Shown piece by piece: positions 10,860 through 21,067 of a stretch of DNA of 64,000 nucleotides. A program made the position numbers and the translations under genes. Each line of letters opens with the position of its first letter. The stretch's first letter is position 1. Location: positions 124,001 through 188,000 of the IMG/VR virus record IMGVR_UViG_3300032322_002561. One strand, 5' to 3'. The notes below the pieces were generated by a model. The model was not told where the DNA came from. It saw nothing but the letters and a program-made list of their open reading frames with translations, and made no database searches.

Positions 10860-11447
10860 TTAACGCCCAGTCCACTGTGCAATCATGCTGGCATCACCCG
10901 AATATATGCTGCGACCCGGTCTCAAGGCCTTTATGCTGCGGCGTCCCGACTGTATGGGGAAAGTGTATGTGATCGTGTTGCGAGTTTCATGCACTATTTC
11001 GTCACCGGGCTGGGGGTTGTAATCCTGTTGAGACTGTTTGGCGATTCCGCTCACTTCCACACCAGGTATGCGGTTTAACTTTAACCACATGGCCTGCCCA
11101 TGCTTGGTTTGTGTTTTGCCGGCTCTCAGCGTTAATTTTAATATGCTGAGTGCTATGCCATACAGGGCCAAGCCCAGACCCTGTCCACGATAGTCAGGAT
11201 CAGTAGCCACAGTTTCCACACGATAACTGTCTAGCATATCTCCTGTGGGTAGCACATCTAATTCAGCTACCAAACTGTTTTGATCAAAGATCATGATTTG
11301 TTTGAGATCGCCCTCGTGTTGTACGGCATAACTGTAGCCACTGCCGCCGGGCAAAGGTCGGGCACCACGAGGGGTCTGCATGGGTGCAAGAGTATCCTTG
11401 TCGCCAAAGTCACCCTGTGGTATACGAGCTATTTCCATGATTTTCAT
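10860..11447 (-). CDS. GNAT-family acetyltransferase
   Basis: DPDYRGQGLGLALY acetyl-CoA motif, QTKHGQAMW; leader MKIMEI. Confidence 0.8.
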   Translation of the reverse strand: MKIMEIARIPQGDFGDKDTLAPMQTPRGARPLPGGSGYSYAVQHEGDLKQIMIFDQNSLVAELDVLPTGDMLDSYRVETVATDPDYRGQGLGLALYGIALSILKLTLRAGKTQTKHGQAMWLKLNRIPGVEVSGIAKQSQQDYNPQPGDEIVHETRNTITYTFPIQSGRRSIKALRPGRSIYSGDASMIAQWTGR

Positions 11448-12328
11448 GCTGGTTCCTGAACAGCCATAGACTGTAAACTCTGGCTGGCAATATTTACGTC
11501 AAATCCTTTGTTGACAAACCACTGTATCAATGTCAGACGTTGGTCATGGGATAAACTCTGCACCACATCTCTATGCACTGCCGATATCAAGTTTGTGGGC
11601 ACACTGTACCACTTGTCCAACATATTGTGCTCGATGTCTGCTTGGGTGATGTAGTATGTATCTGCCAACGACAAGTCTGATTTGGCTGTGATTTCAGCGG
11701 CAGTAATACAGTTATAAAAGTTGTGCGCAATCAAACTGTAAAAAATAAATTCAGATTCCCAATAATCAAACGGTTTTGATACTTCGTTGAAAAGATAGTC
11801 TATATCAAAACTCACACAGTGTTGAGCAATTACAGTGTTCATTACAAACGGAGTCAGGACTTCGTATGTGTGTGATGTAGAATTGAGACCAAGGATCTTG
11901 GCTACACTATCTAGCCAGGTTTGTCTGGGTCCAGTGGCACACACATCAGTTATGATGGGTCTGCCATTCAAGCAAGGCCAGTTTGACAATGATTGCTGAC
12001 GCCAGAAAAAATTCTTGCTGTCCAAGACCATGTAACGTTCATTTGAGATCAACTGTGATGCCATGAGTTTTAACAACTGTTGTCTACGATAACCGTGCCG
12101 ATCGGGTCGATGATAGTGTGTTTCTGGTAACAAAGTTGGAGACAGTTTTAATGTGTGTCGATGATAGAATGGAGTTAATTTTTCTCTCCAAATTTCTAAA
12201 TCACTTTGGTCCTGAACAATGATCCAGTGCGTGATAGGATTTGTAACAAAAAGATCAATACTGTGAGCTTGAAACAACAGTTGATTCAAGTCACTCAACT
12301 GTGATACAGTTACAACATCCTGAATCAT
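11444..12328 (-). CDS. putative glycosyltransferase-like protein (paralog family)
   Basis: GYRRQQLLKL, VLDSKN, TPFVM, SEFIFY. Confidence 0.55.
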   Translation of the reverse strand: MIQDVVTVSQLSDLNQLLFQAHSIDLFVTNPITHWIIVQDQSDLEIWREKLTPFYHRHTLKLSPTLLPETHYHRPDRHGYRRQQLLKLMASQLISNERYMVLDSKNFFWRQQSLSNWPCLNGRPIITDVCATGPRQTWLDSVAKILGLNSTSHTYEVLTPFVMNTVIAQHCVSFDIDYLFNEVSKPFDYWESEFIFYSLIAHNFYNCITAAEITAKSDLSLADTYYITQADIEHNMLDKWYSVPTNLISAVHRDVVQSLSHDQRLTLIQWFVNKGFDVNIASQSLQSMAVQEPA

Positions 12329-12504
12329 GATTTGACTTCTCTCACGTTGCTGACTATACTGTCAACGCCATATTGTGCTCTAAGCAGGCGTTTGGCCAAT
12401 TCATAATTGCGAGCAACCACCTGTGTGTCAATCAAGGTGGCACTGTTTTTAAGTTTGACTCTTGCATGAAAAGTCTTGAGATTTTCCAATTCTTTGACTT
12501 TCAT
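12325..12504 (-). CDS. small protein (MKVKELE...)
   Basis: ATGA overlaps with both neighbours; start at 12504 preferred. Confidence 0.65.
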   Translation of the reverse strand: MKVKELENLKTFHARVKLKNSATLIDTQVVARNYELAKRLLRAQYGVDSIVSNVREVKS

Positions 12505-15500
12505 TTCTTTTTGGATCTTCCTGACTTCATGTTGGCACACCAGTGATACATTTTGGCTTTCTCACCACTGGCATTTTTAGCTCGTTGACGTAGGCTTGTA
12601 ACTGAGCCATTGCAACTGGCCCCCGCACGTTTTACACGTCCAGGACGGCTCTTGCCTTTGACCTTGCCATCTGCAAAGTTTTCATTGACGTCATCACCTA
12701 GCTTGCGAGCCATTTGAATCTGCTGGGTCATGTTTTCTATGTCATGCTGATCAATGGCTTGCCCAATAGCGCTGCGAGATTTCAGCGAACGTACCACTGG
12801 CTCCACGGGTTCCACACGGTCCATGGATTTTTTCTTGATGACGGGTCTTGGTGGCACAGCACCTGCACCTGATACAGGATCTATGGCCTCGGCTACAATT
12901 CGGGTTCTAAGGAGTCCTGGTGGCATGCCCTCTTGTTCTTGTTGAGCTATCCAGGCACGCACTTCGTCAGCTGTGGCGTTACGCATGAAATGTATCACAC
13001 GGTCAGGATCATCATCCAGAACCAACTCGTAGTTCTGTCGCCGTGGCTCAAAGTTCTGTGCCACATCTGTGTTGACATCCTGCACACCCAGTCTGCGTTG
13101 TACGTCCACACTATCTCTTTGATCATCGGCGGCCTGCTGACCTTTTCTGTAGCCATAGTCAGCAGTGTCGTTGGGCAAGTCTTTCATCTTGAGCCACCGA
13201 TCAAACACACGACTGGCTTCCTGATCACTGTTGGCATGGAATCGGTCAACTACTCGCAAGTCTACAGTGCGTTGATCCACAATTTCATAGTTGTATTGAG
13301 TTGCTGTTGCGGGTTTCTTGACAATACGTTTGGCCACTTGTGCTCTGGGGCTGACTTTGGGCTCTGGCGTCTCATCAGGCCTGCGATATATGTTCCAGTC
13401 CAAGGACCGTTCTCCATATTCGTATTGGACCCGTTGCGTGGCTTTGTCAATGTCAGAAGCACGCATGGTCAGGAGCATTTTGCCCGTTGCATCAAACACA
13501 TCAAACCAGGGCTGTTTGATGCGCACATCAAGCTCATTAATGTCCCGACCGTATTGTCTCAAGAAAAGATCATAGGCTGAGTCATAGTCTTTAGCATACA
13601 GTGTGCCAACGATTCCGTCAGGGCTGTCTTTGTTGTCTCTGCGATAGACTTCGTATTCGTCTTTGCCTGTGCCAGGCAACTCTTTCTGTAGCACAGTATC
13701 AGCCCATTGTTTCTTTAACTGTTCTTTGTTGATGGTACCTGCTGAAAACTCCGAGAACAAGCGAAGTTGGTCCGCATATTGTTCGTTGTCTTGGGTAACC
13801 AACTTGTATAGTTTCTTGGCATACTCCTGGCGTTCGGCACTGGGATCACCGGCTATGGCCATGGCTCGGGCAAAACGCAACATGGTATTTTCTAATATGC
13901 CGATTTCTTCATCGCCTTTGGCCAACCAGTCGCCTCCGGGGCTACGGAATTCCACATAGCCATCTTGTAAATGTGCTGACGTATACTTGCTGGTGCCCAC
14001 ACCTTTTTGCAGTTCTCGGTAGGCCAACTCAGTGAGTCCATGACGCAACAATTCTACCACACCGGCTGGATCACTGCGTCCACCTTTGATGTTTTGTTTT
14101 AACTTGTCCAAGGCCGACGCACAATAGGTGTTAGCTGTACGACCAAACTGCTGTTGCACATACTTGTCGCCCATGAACAGGATCAACTTTACATAGTCTA
14201 TACCGACACTATCGTTGGCGTCTTCAGATTTGATCCGAGGCAAGCTCACGCCCATGTGCAGGCCTGTGGAACTATTGGTATAGGCGTTGCCACCGTTGGG
14301 ATCATTGGCCCAGTCTACCACTGCCTTTAATTTTTCTATGGCCATCAGCAAGGGCATGGGTGGGCTGACTATTTCAAGACCCATTTCTTCACTCTTGTCA
14401 TCGGGATCCAGGCTGCCATCGGGTTCTATGATCCAGGTGCCTTCTCTGCGTGCGGCACTGTGATAATTGGTGCTGACTTTGACAGGCATGTCCACTGCAT
14501 CTTGCAAGCTACTACCAATGTCGTCCCAATCACGGCTACCATTGTTGCTCTGGGCATCCATGTTCCACACAGGCCAGTCCAAGTTGTATTCGTTGGCAAT
14601 GTCACTCATCCAACGCAGTCCGACATCTGAAAAGAAGCTGTCACTGTCAGGACTATAGCTGTCACGGAAATCGTCCAGGGCCTGATCATAATAGCCGTCT
14701 TGTTTACGTATGCTGGTTTCTACTTCTTCGTCTAGGATGGCGTCGGCATCATCCACGGCTTCCATGTAAGTCCTGTAGTCAGGATTCTGTTCAGCAAAAG
14801 CTTCTTGTTCAGCTGAGGTCGTAAATTTGGGTGCGTCTGAACCCAGTCTAAATATCTTTTCGGCTTGATCGTCAGTGAGTTCCATGCCATCTGTTAGCAC
14901 GGCCAGTATACGCTCGCCCATGGGCACTTCGTCGAGATGCTGTTCACGCACTAGGTCTTCGGCTTCGTTGCCAAAATCTTCACGCACCCGCTCATCGTAC
15001 CAGTTCATGTAGGTTTCGTCTAAGTCGTTTTCCAGTCTGCTGACTCCGCGATCACTGAGTCCAAACCCATATTCATCGTTACTGAAAAACTCTATAACCT
15101 GCTGTATGCTGTAGGCACGCTCGTCGTAGTCGTAGTCGGGCTCAGGATCCATCTCATCACTTTCACCCTGTGTGTCACGGAATATGAGTTCAGCTTCAAA
15201 ACCAGCACGTATGCCCTTGGCTGCATCCGACGTGGCAAACTTTTCCAAGGCCGTGGGACTCATTTTGACTTCGTCAAGATCATCTTCATCTAGTTGTTTA
15301 CCTTGTGCTCGCGCTATGGCATCTTGCCCGGCAACAAAATCTTTTGCCGCAATGCCTTGGCCGGCTGACTGGCGTTGTTTGAGTCCTGGCAATAGTGGCA
15401 AGCCTTTTTTCTCGTGCGACTTCAGTTGTGCTTGCAATCGTTGTTGTAGAGCTGGTGTATCATAGAACAGGGCATCCACAGCATCTAGGATATAGACCCA

Positions 15501-17867
15501 GGGTGCGGCACTGTCGCTTTGTATGCTACGAGTGTCACCGGTCTGTAGATCCTGGATGTCCATGCTGTCTATGGCCAGTGGTCCAGCTACACCAGATCTG
15601 ATCATGTCTACTGGGCGCACCACAAAGTTGGCTGACTCACGACTGCGACGGTTTGTTAGCCGTACTTCATAGGTGGTGGGATTAATTTCGTCTACCAGTT
15701 CAGCACGCCATCCGTGTTGTGTTTCAGACTCGCCTTGTGCTGACTCGTCTACATGCCCATTCATGCCAAACTGATTGGCTGGAGCACGTTGATTGCGTGG
15801 GTCAATGTATTCATAGGGGTCGTCTTTGAACTGTGCCAGCTCTTGAGCCAGGCGTTCTTCCAGGGTGCTTTCGCGCAGGTTCACAGTTTTCATCAACAAG
15901 CCAGGTCGTCCTTGGCTGTCAGTTTTGAGTGCCATTTTGTTGGCTTGTCGACCAACTTCACCAGGCCGTATGTCTTGAGTCAAGGCCATGCTGTAGCGTG
16001 GATCTTTAGCCTGCTTTTTTGTGGGAATATATCCACTGGCATTCTCAGCCATTTTCCGTCTCATCTGTTGTGCCAGCTCATAATTTTGTAAAAATTCTAG
16101 TTCATTACGAGTCATTGGTTTATTGGCTACTTTTTTTGCTCTCAAAAATCGATAGTAGTCGTCTTTGTCTTTTTGACTTTGGTTGACGGCTATTTTTAGT
16201 TCTTCGTTTTGTTGGAACTGTTTGTCAAATTCTGCTTTTTTACGATAATATTCTTTTTTGTAGGCTTCAAAGTCAGCGGCCGCCTGTTCGGCACTTTGTG
16301 GTGGCACACGCGGTGCTGGTGGCAAAGTGCCCTGACGTTTTTGCATGCGATACAGCCAACTTTGATTTTGTGCATTGGCATCACCGCCCAGGGCGCGACT
16401 GTAGTTTATGATCTCTTGACGGAGATCTTCCTGAGCACCAGTCCAACCCATGCGTTTGAGTGTCTGTGCTGTGCGTGCCGCATCTACTGCACCACCAAGA
16501 GCTTGTCCTATTGTGCGATCTTGTGCTTGTGCACCACCGGCAGCCAGTGCAGCGGTCAAGGCACCGGCAGCCAACTTGCTTTTGATACCTTCGTCAACAC
16601 TTTCTTTTTCAAAGTATTCAGGGTAGGCATCGGTAAAGTCACGCATGATGATGCCGGCCACAGCATGTGCTTCGTTTTCCCAGTCACTGCCGGTTTCCCC
16701 GGCATCTGCAGGCAAGGGTTCAATTTCATGCTGGCGGCAGTGTGCCAGTTCATGTGCCGTGGTGCGCATGATGTCCAAGATATGTCGATTGGGCAGGCTC
16801 ACGTGCAAGGTATGTGTTTCAGGGTCAAATCTACCAAAGCTGGTGTTGCCTTCACTCCAGGCAGCATCAGAATGCAATTCTATCACAGGCAGTTTTTCAA
16901 TGCCCAGACGCTTGGCCACATAACGAACAAACCGTGATATGATTTTTTTGGTCAGTGGTGTTTCACTGAGAAACATTCTAGTTGATGGGCTGACCCCGTC
17001 CGGAGTAGAAGCTTCACGTATGTCCTGGCTCTCGCCACCACCGTCCCCTCCACCACCTTCTGAGCCGGCAGCATGATCTTGCCCAGCATAGCCAAAACCT
17101 GGATACCAGTAACCACCAAATGCACCGTAGCGAAACTTTTTCTTTTTGGCTTTCTTTCGGCGTTCGTTTAAGCTGAGTTCGCGATCCTTGAGTTCGTTGC
17201 GACGATCAAACAGGCGTTGGATATAGCTCTGACTGCGCAACATCTTGTAGGCCAAGTTTTCTGGACCAAATTCTCCGTTGGTTTCCAGTCCGGCCTTGCG
17301 CATCTGTTTGACTTTTTCTATGGTGGCTGTGACCTGTTCAAGGCTGTCACTCTCAATGGCCTGTTCAACTCTAGCACCAATGTCTTCGTACTTGTGTTGC
17401 ACGCTCATGTCGTCAATCTTGGCACGACGTCTTTTTGGCACTGAGATCCAGTCATCATTGAGCACGCTGTAGATGCCCTGACTCACGTGTGGTTGATCGG
17501 CATCTTGCACATACAGTTCCACATCATAGCCACCTATGCGAATGTCATGTTCATCGTTGTATTGATATTTTTTGGCATCAAACAGCTCGCGATAGACTTC
17601 GTCTTCGGGAACCTGCACCACTAGATGTAGATCAATGTCACTGTGTGGAGCATAACTGTAGGCGGCATTGCTGCCGCTGAGCGTGATGTCTTGGATTTGC
17701 AGATCGCTTACGCCAAGAAATTCTTGGAAATCTGCCGCAATTGCCAACAGTTTTTCACGCACTTCAGGAAGCAGTTTTTCGTCACTGCCAAAAATCCGTG
17801 GATTTAAGTTGTCGTGAAACTTTACAGCATCAGCAAGATTATAGGTCTGCAGCTCATGGATGTTCAT
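12501..17867 (-). CDS. 1788-aa polyvalent protein: Pol-beta-type nucleotidyltransferase, HExxH metallopeptidase, COOH-NH2 amidoligase and small modules
   Basis: GSNA...SDIDLH...VELYVQ; TTAHELAH...ENEA; GFEAEL...DGSL...LEIVSPP...STGLHMGVS...VEFRSPG. Confidence 0.8.
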   Translation of the reverse strand: MNIHELQTYNLADAVKFHDNLNPRIFGSDEKLLPEVREKLLAIAADFQEFLGVSDLQIQDITLSGSNAAYSYAPHSDIDLHLVVQVPEDEVYRELFDAKKYQYNDEHDIRIGGYDVELYVQDADQPHVSQGIYSVLNDDWISVPKRRRAKIDDMSVQHKYEDIGARVEQAIESDSLEQVTATIEKVKQMRKAGLETNGEFGPENLAYKMLRSQSYIQRLFDRRNELKDRELSLNERRKKAKKKKFRYGAFGGYWYPGFGYAGQDHAAGSEGGGGDGGGESQDIREASTPDGVSPSTRMFLSETPLTKKIISRFVRYVAKRLGIEKLPVIELHSDAAWSEGNTSFGRFDPETHTLHVSLPNRHILDIMRTTAHELAHCRQHEIEPLPADAGETGSDWENEAHAVAGIIMRDFTDAYPEYFEKESVDEGIKSKLAAGALTAALAAGGAQAQDRTIGQALGGAVDAARTAQTLKRMGWTGAQEDLRQEIINYSRALGGDANAQNQSWLYRMQKRQGTLPPAPRVPPQSAEQAAADFEAYKKEYYRKKAEFDKQFQQNEELKIAVNQSQKDKDDYYRFLRAKKVANKPMTRNELEFLQNYELAQQMRRKMAENASGYIPTKKQAKDPRYSMALTQDIRPGEVGRQANKMALKTDSQGRPGLLMKTVNLRESTLEERLAQELAQFKDDPYEYIDPRNQRAPANQFGMNGHVDESAQGESETQHGWRAELVDEINPTTYEVRLTNRRSRESANFVVRPVDMIRSGVAGPLAIDSMDIQDLQTGDTRSIQSDSAAPWVYILDAVDALFYDTPALQQRLQAQLKSHEKKGLPLLPGLKQRQSAGQGIAAKDFVAGQDAIARAQGKQLDEDDLDEVKMSPTALEKFATSDAAKGIRAGFEAELIFRDTQGESDEMDPEPDYDYDERAYSIQQVIEFFSNDEYGFGLSDRGVSRLENDLDETYMNWYDERVREDFGNEAEDLVREQHLDEVPMGERILAVLTDGMELTDDQAEKIFRLGSDAPKFTTSAEQEAFAEQNPDYRTYMEAVDDADAILDEEVETSIRKQDGYYDQALDDFRDSYSPDSDSFFSDVGLRWMSDIANEYNLDWPVWNMDAQSNNGSRDWDDIGSSLQDAVDMPVKVSTNYHSAARREGTWIIEPDGSLDPDDKSEEMGLEIVSPPMPLLMAIEKLKAVVDWANDPNGGNAYTNSSTGLHMGVSLPRIKSEDANDSVGIDYVKLILFMGDKYVQQQFGRTANTYCASALDKLKQNIKGGRSDPAGVVELLRHGLTELAYRELQKGVGTSKYTSAHLQDGYVEFRSPGGDWLAKGDEEIGILENTMLRFARAMAIAGDPSAERQEYAKKLYKLVTQDNEQYADQLRLFSEFSAGTINKEQLKKQWADTVLQKELPGTGKDEYEVYRRDNKDSPDGIVGTLYAKDYDSAYDLFLRQYGRDINELDVRIKQPWFDVFDATGKMLLTMRASDIDKATQRVQYEYGERSLDWNIYRRPDETPEPKVSPRAQVAKRIVKKPATATQYNYEIVDQRTVDLRVVDRFHANSDQEASRVFDRWLKMKDLPNDTADYGYRKGQQAADDQRDSVDVQRRLGVQDVNTDVAQNFEPRRQNYELVLDDDPDRVIHFMRNATADEVRAWIAQQEQEGMPPGLLRTRIVAEAIDPVSGAGAVPPRPVIKKKSMDRVEPVEPVVRSLKSRSAIGQAIDQHDIENMTQQIQMARKLGDDVNENFADGKVKGKSRPGRVKRAGASCNGSVTSLRQRAKNASGEKAKMYHWCANMKSGRSKKK

Positions 17868-17882
17868 AAGCTGTATTTACCG

Positions 17883-18749
17883 TTATTTTGTGCTTGTGGC
17901 TTCTTCCAGAACCGCAGGTTGTGTGCTGTCAGCAGGATCGCTAGATGCCAAGACTTCGGGTTCCTGTATGTCAACCGGCTGTTTTGCAGCCTCGTGAGCA
18001 CCGCCCACTTTGGGTTGAACCAGCGCATGCAAATCTTGATACAGTTTGTCCTGCGTGGCACCATCAAATATGTATGTGCCAATGTGTTTGAGCAAGATAC
18101 GTTTGTCAATGTAGACCTGACCACCTAGATCACGCCAGTTTTCACAAAAGGTCCAGTCTTCACTATAGTAACGACCTTCGCGCACGGCTGTGTCAAAATA
18201 GGTCTTCATGTAGGGATTGAGCTCTTCTGGCAAGCCAATGTCATTGGTAAACGGTTTCACAGCCGGATGTGCATCCAATTTTTCAAACACTTCGCGCTTG
18301 ATCAACAAGAATCCAGTACCAGTCTTGGTTACTTCAACCAAGTTGTCTTCGCCTTGTTCTTTGCCAGGAATACCATTCACACACCATTTGACCGGCAACG
18401 ATTTCATGGGATATAATCCGCCAATCACATCAACTCTGCGATCCAACAGCACCAACAAGTGCCATGGTTCCCAACCAATATCAGCATCAATAAACATAAG
18501 ATGTGTGCTGCCTTGTGTGTGCAAGAACTTGGCTGTGAGTGTGTTTCTAGCACGACTAATCAAGCTCTCATTGGTCATAGTTTCCACGGTCCAGTCAATG
18601 CCCAGTTGCCGACAGGCATTACTCCACTTGATAAAACTCATAAAAGTTTGCTCACTCAACATGCCACCATAACAGGGCATGCAAATGTGTACTCGTGTGG
18701 TTTTTAGATATTCTAGATCAACATTGATTTGTATCTGCTGTTCAGGCAT
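17883..18749 (-). CDS. GT-A fold glycosyltransferase-like protein
   Basis: SLISRARN, FIDADI (DxD), GTGFLLI, SEDWTFC. Confidence 0.75.
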   Translation of the reverse strand: MPEQQIQINVDLEYLKTTRVHICMPCYGGMLSEQTFMSFIKWSNACRQLGIDWTVETMTNESLISRARNTLTAKFLHTQGSTHLMFIDADIGWEPWHLLVLLDRRVDVIGGLYPMKSLPVKWCVNGIPGKEQGEDNLVEVTKTGTGFLLIKREVFEKLDAHPAVKPFTNDIGLPEELNPYMKTYFDTAVREGRYYSEDWTFCENWRDLGGQVYIDKRILLKHIGTYIFDGATQDKLYQDLHALVQPKVGGAHEAAKQPVDIQEPEVLASSDPADSTQPAVLEEATSTK

Positions 18750-18799
18750 TCGGGCTCTCCATAAAATAGTCTTCTATTTACAGAGTATAGCAGTTGTGA

Positions 18800-19798
18800 T
18801 TATTTTTTACGACCAGCGCAGTGCGCTTTTTGGCTAAAGCCCCTGGGGTTGTTGCAGTTGATTGAACGCTTGTATTTGGCAGACCACTTTTCGTCTATGT
18901 AGTCATCGCTCTCATTGTATGTGGCGGCCCAGCCTTGATTTTCGTCCATTTCTTTTTGTTTTTTAGCCACGTAATTTGTGATACGGCTCTTGGTCACACT
19001 GTGCTGTGCTTTTGTGGGATTGGCATAATTGCCTGGTTTGGAGTAAACCAGCTTATCGCCGCGATATATTTCTACTCGATCAGGATGATATTTGATAGTG
19101 TACCCTTGATACGCAAAAGATTTCACATCGTAGGTAGAAGTTGACACTGGTCGAGTCATGGTTTTTTTCTGTTTGGCCACTGCTTCGGGATTGGAGGGGA
19201 ATGATTCTTCCATGCCCAATATAGCAGTGTCTAGTAACTTTACTACATTTTGTGCCAATGCAGGATTCTTTTGTGTGATGGGGTACAGGCTCATGACAAG
19301 AGCCTGTTTGCGTCGGTCATTTAATCGAGGCCATGCCGCACGTATTTCTGTAGCCGAAGTCATACCAGGACCAAATTCCACAGTGGGCAAATAGGCCATA
19401 TAAGCATGTTGAGCAAATGGTGCTAGATCCTGTTGTCCTTTGTAGGGCTGTAGATAACTGGGCGATCCATCTTTTTTGACGCCACCTGCTTGTGGCGGTT
19501 TGTCAGCATCTTTTTCACTGCGCACAAAGATCAACTGATCGGTTTCAGGGTCAAATCCAGCAGTGATTTCCTTGGCTTGGAACGGGCTTTTGACTTGTAC
19601 AAAATGGCCGGGTTCAACACCGGCCAACTTGGCCAGCTTTTCTTTTACAGCAAATGGAAAAGGTCGTGCTGACGTATCATTTGTGGCTGCCACAAACACT
19701 TCAGCATTGGGGAACGCTTTGCGTGCAGAGTTATACAGGGCATAATGACCTGCATGAAAAGGATGGAACCCACCGGGCATAACGACAATTTGCTTCAT
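18800..19798 (-). CDS. HIGH-family nucleotidyltransferase with C-terminal small modules
   Basis: PGGFHPFHAGH, SATEIR; C-terminal IDE/KWSAKYKRSINCNNP...C. Confidence 0.75.
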   Translation of the reverse strand: MKQIVVMPGGFHPFHAGHYALYNSARKAFPNAEVFVAATNDTSARPFPFAVKEKLAKLAGVEPGHFVQVKSPFQAKEITAGFDPETDQLIFVRSEKDADKPPQAGGVKKDGSPSYLQPYKGQQDLAPFAQHAYMAYLPTVEFGPGMTSATEIRAAWPRLNDRRKQALVMSLYPITQKNPALAQNVVKLLDTAILGMEESFPSNPEAVAKQKKTMTRPVSTSTYDVKSFAYQGYTIKYHPDRVEIYRGDKLVYSKPGNYANPTKAQHSVTKSRITNYVAKKQKEMDENQGWAATYNESDDYIDEKWSAKYKRSINCNNPRGFSQKAHCAGRKK

Positions 19799-19804
19799 AC
19801 CCAG

Positions 19805-19810
19805 TATTTA
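19805..19810 (-). promoter_or_regulatory. T4-like late promoter TAAATA, example of a leaderless class
   Basis: TAAATA or variant 4-7 nt before ATG at 10 or more genes. Confidence 0.8.
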
Positions 19811-19822
19811 TCGAGGTGGTGT

Positions 19823-20188
19823 TTAGTAGGAAATAGTGACTGAATTGATGGTACCACCGCTGAAACCGGTCACACGTACCCGCATCCATGTGAAGTTTCC
19901 TATCACAGTTTCAGGGTGTCTGTCGGTCAACGGAGTTGTAGAACCATCACCAAACGTAAACGTATTGAACCATGTGGCAGTTTCAGGCACTGTGTCTAGT
20001 GTAGCTTCCAAGTGCATGATGCCTTCGAAACCTGTGACATCAAAAGTCACAGTTTGGATCCCGCCGCGACCGCGGTAATAATTAGCGGCCTTGACTGCAT
20101 CTGATATCCAGTCCTGGCTGCTACCATCGTAATTGCCCGAGGCATCGCCATAAACTGTACGGTTCAATATGGTTTGCGTGGTGATCAT
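19823..20188 (-). CDS. hypothetical beta-rich protein (possible virion protein)
   Basis: ORF in late operon; beta-strand-like pattern. Confidence 0.6.
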   Translation of the reverse strand: MITTQTILNRTVYGDASGNYDGSSQDWISDAVKAANYYRGRGGIQTVTFDVTGFEGIMHLEATLDTVPETATWFNTFTFGDGSTTPLTDRHPETVIGNFTWMRVRVTGFSGGTINSVTISY

Positions 20189-20352
20189 TTTGCTGATTCT
20201 ACTTCCACAATCACACCAGAACCGGCTAATTCTTCTGCGACCTGACCCAAAGCTGTCACAACTTCTGCTGTGGCAATGGGCGCAGGATTGTCAGAATCTT
20301 TAACCAATTTACTGAGTTTGATCACTACTACTTCTTCATGTATTTTTGCCAT
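20185..20352 (-). CDS. 55-aa protein MAKIHEEVVVIKLSKLVKD...VEVESAK
   Basis: Translated by hand; TATAAATA 7 nt upstream; ATGA overlap with next gene. Confidence 0.75.
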   Translation of the reverse strand: MAKIHEEVVVIKLSKLVKDSDNPAPIATAEVVTALGQVAEELAGSGVIVEVESAK

Positions 20353-20362
20353 AGTGACTTAT

Positions 20363-21067
20363 TTATAGCCGTTTGATCACGGGCACGCTTTTGCGTATTG
20401 CACCAGGTGCCAGTATGGCCAGCATGGTTTCGTACTGTAGATTGTTGTGTTCGATATAAAAGTAACGCTGACACCAATCACTGCGCCAGGTCTTGCCAGG
20501 TTGATTCAACCAGTGCCATAAAGCTCGACTGGCTTGTGCCTGTACAGATTCCTGATCTTGTTGAGCCACAATCCAGGCCTTTAATTGCGACTTGGTATCC
20601 AGTGATATCTTGCGCTCGCGGAAAAAAGTTCTATATTTGAATTTTGGATTATTGATCACTATGCTGTCTTTTGGTTTATCTACCACAGCTTGTCTTATAA
20701 CTCTACCAAATTCTACCTGCGGGCAACGATACAAGGCATGGCACAGATTTGCATCGTTGGTATAAACCGTGGCCCAATCCATGCTGACCACCAATTTGAA
20801 CTCGGCTGGCCAATTCAACAATAGGTCTCGAGTGGCGCACAAATTTTCTACTGATTCCTGTGTAAAACACTTGCTCTTGCCATCAGAACGATTATTTAGA
20901 TGTATGCTCCAGCTGCGTCGTAGGTTGATGAATTTGTTCAAGGTTTGCGGGCTAGGCATGCCACGCAAGGCAAAAATTTCAGTTTGTTTAAATGTAAAAG
21001 CGTAACTGTATAGATCATAATACAGTCGATCTCGATGTTCAATCTTGATTGCTAATTGAGTCAACAC
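20363..21067 (-). CDS. hypothetical protein
   Basis: Long ORF in operon order. Confidence 0.65.
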   Translation of the reverse strand: MLTQLAIKIEHRDRLYYDLYSYAFTFKQTEIFALRGMPSPQTLNKFINLRRSWSIHLNNRSDGKSKCFTQESVENLCATRDLLLNWPAEFKLVVSMDWATVYTNDANLCHALYRCPQVEFGRVIRQAVVDKPKDSIVINNPKFKYRTFFRERKISLDTKSQLKAWIVAQQDQESVQAQASRALWHWLNQPGKTWRSDWCQRYFYIEHNNLQYETMLAILAPGAIRKSVPVIKRL

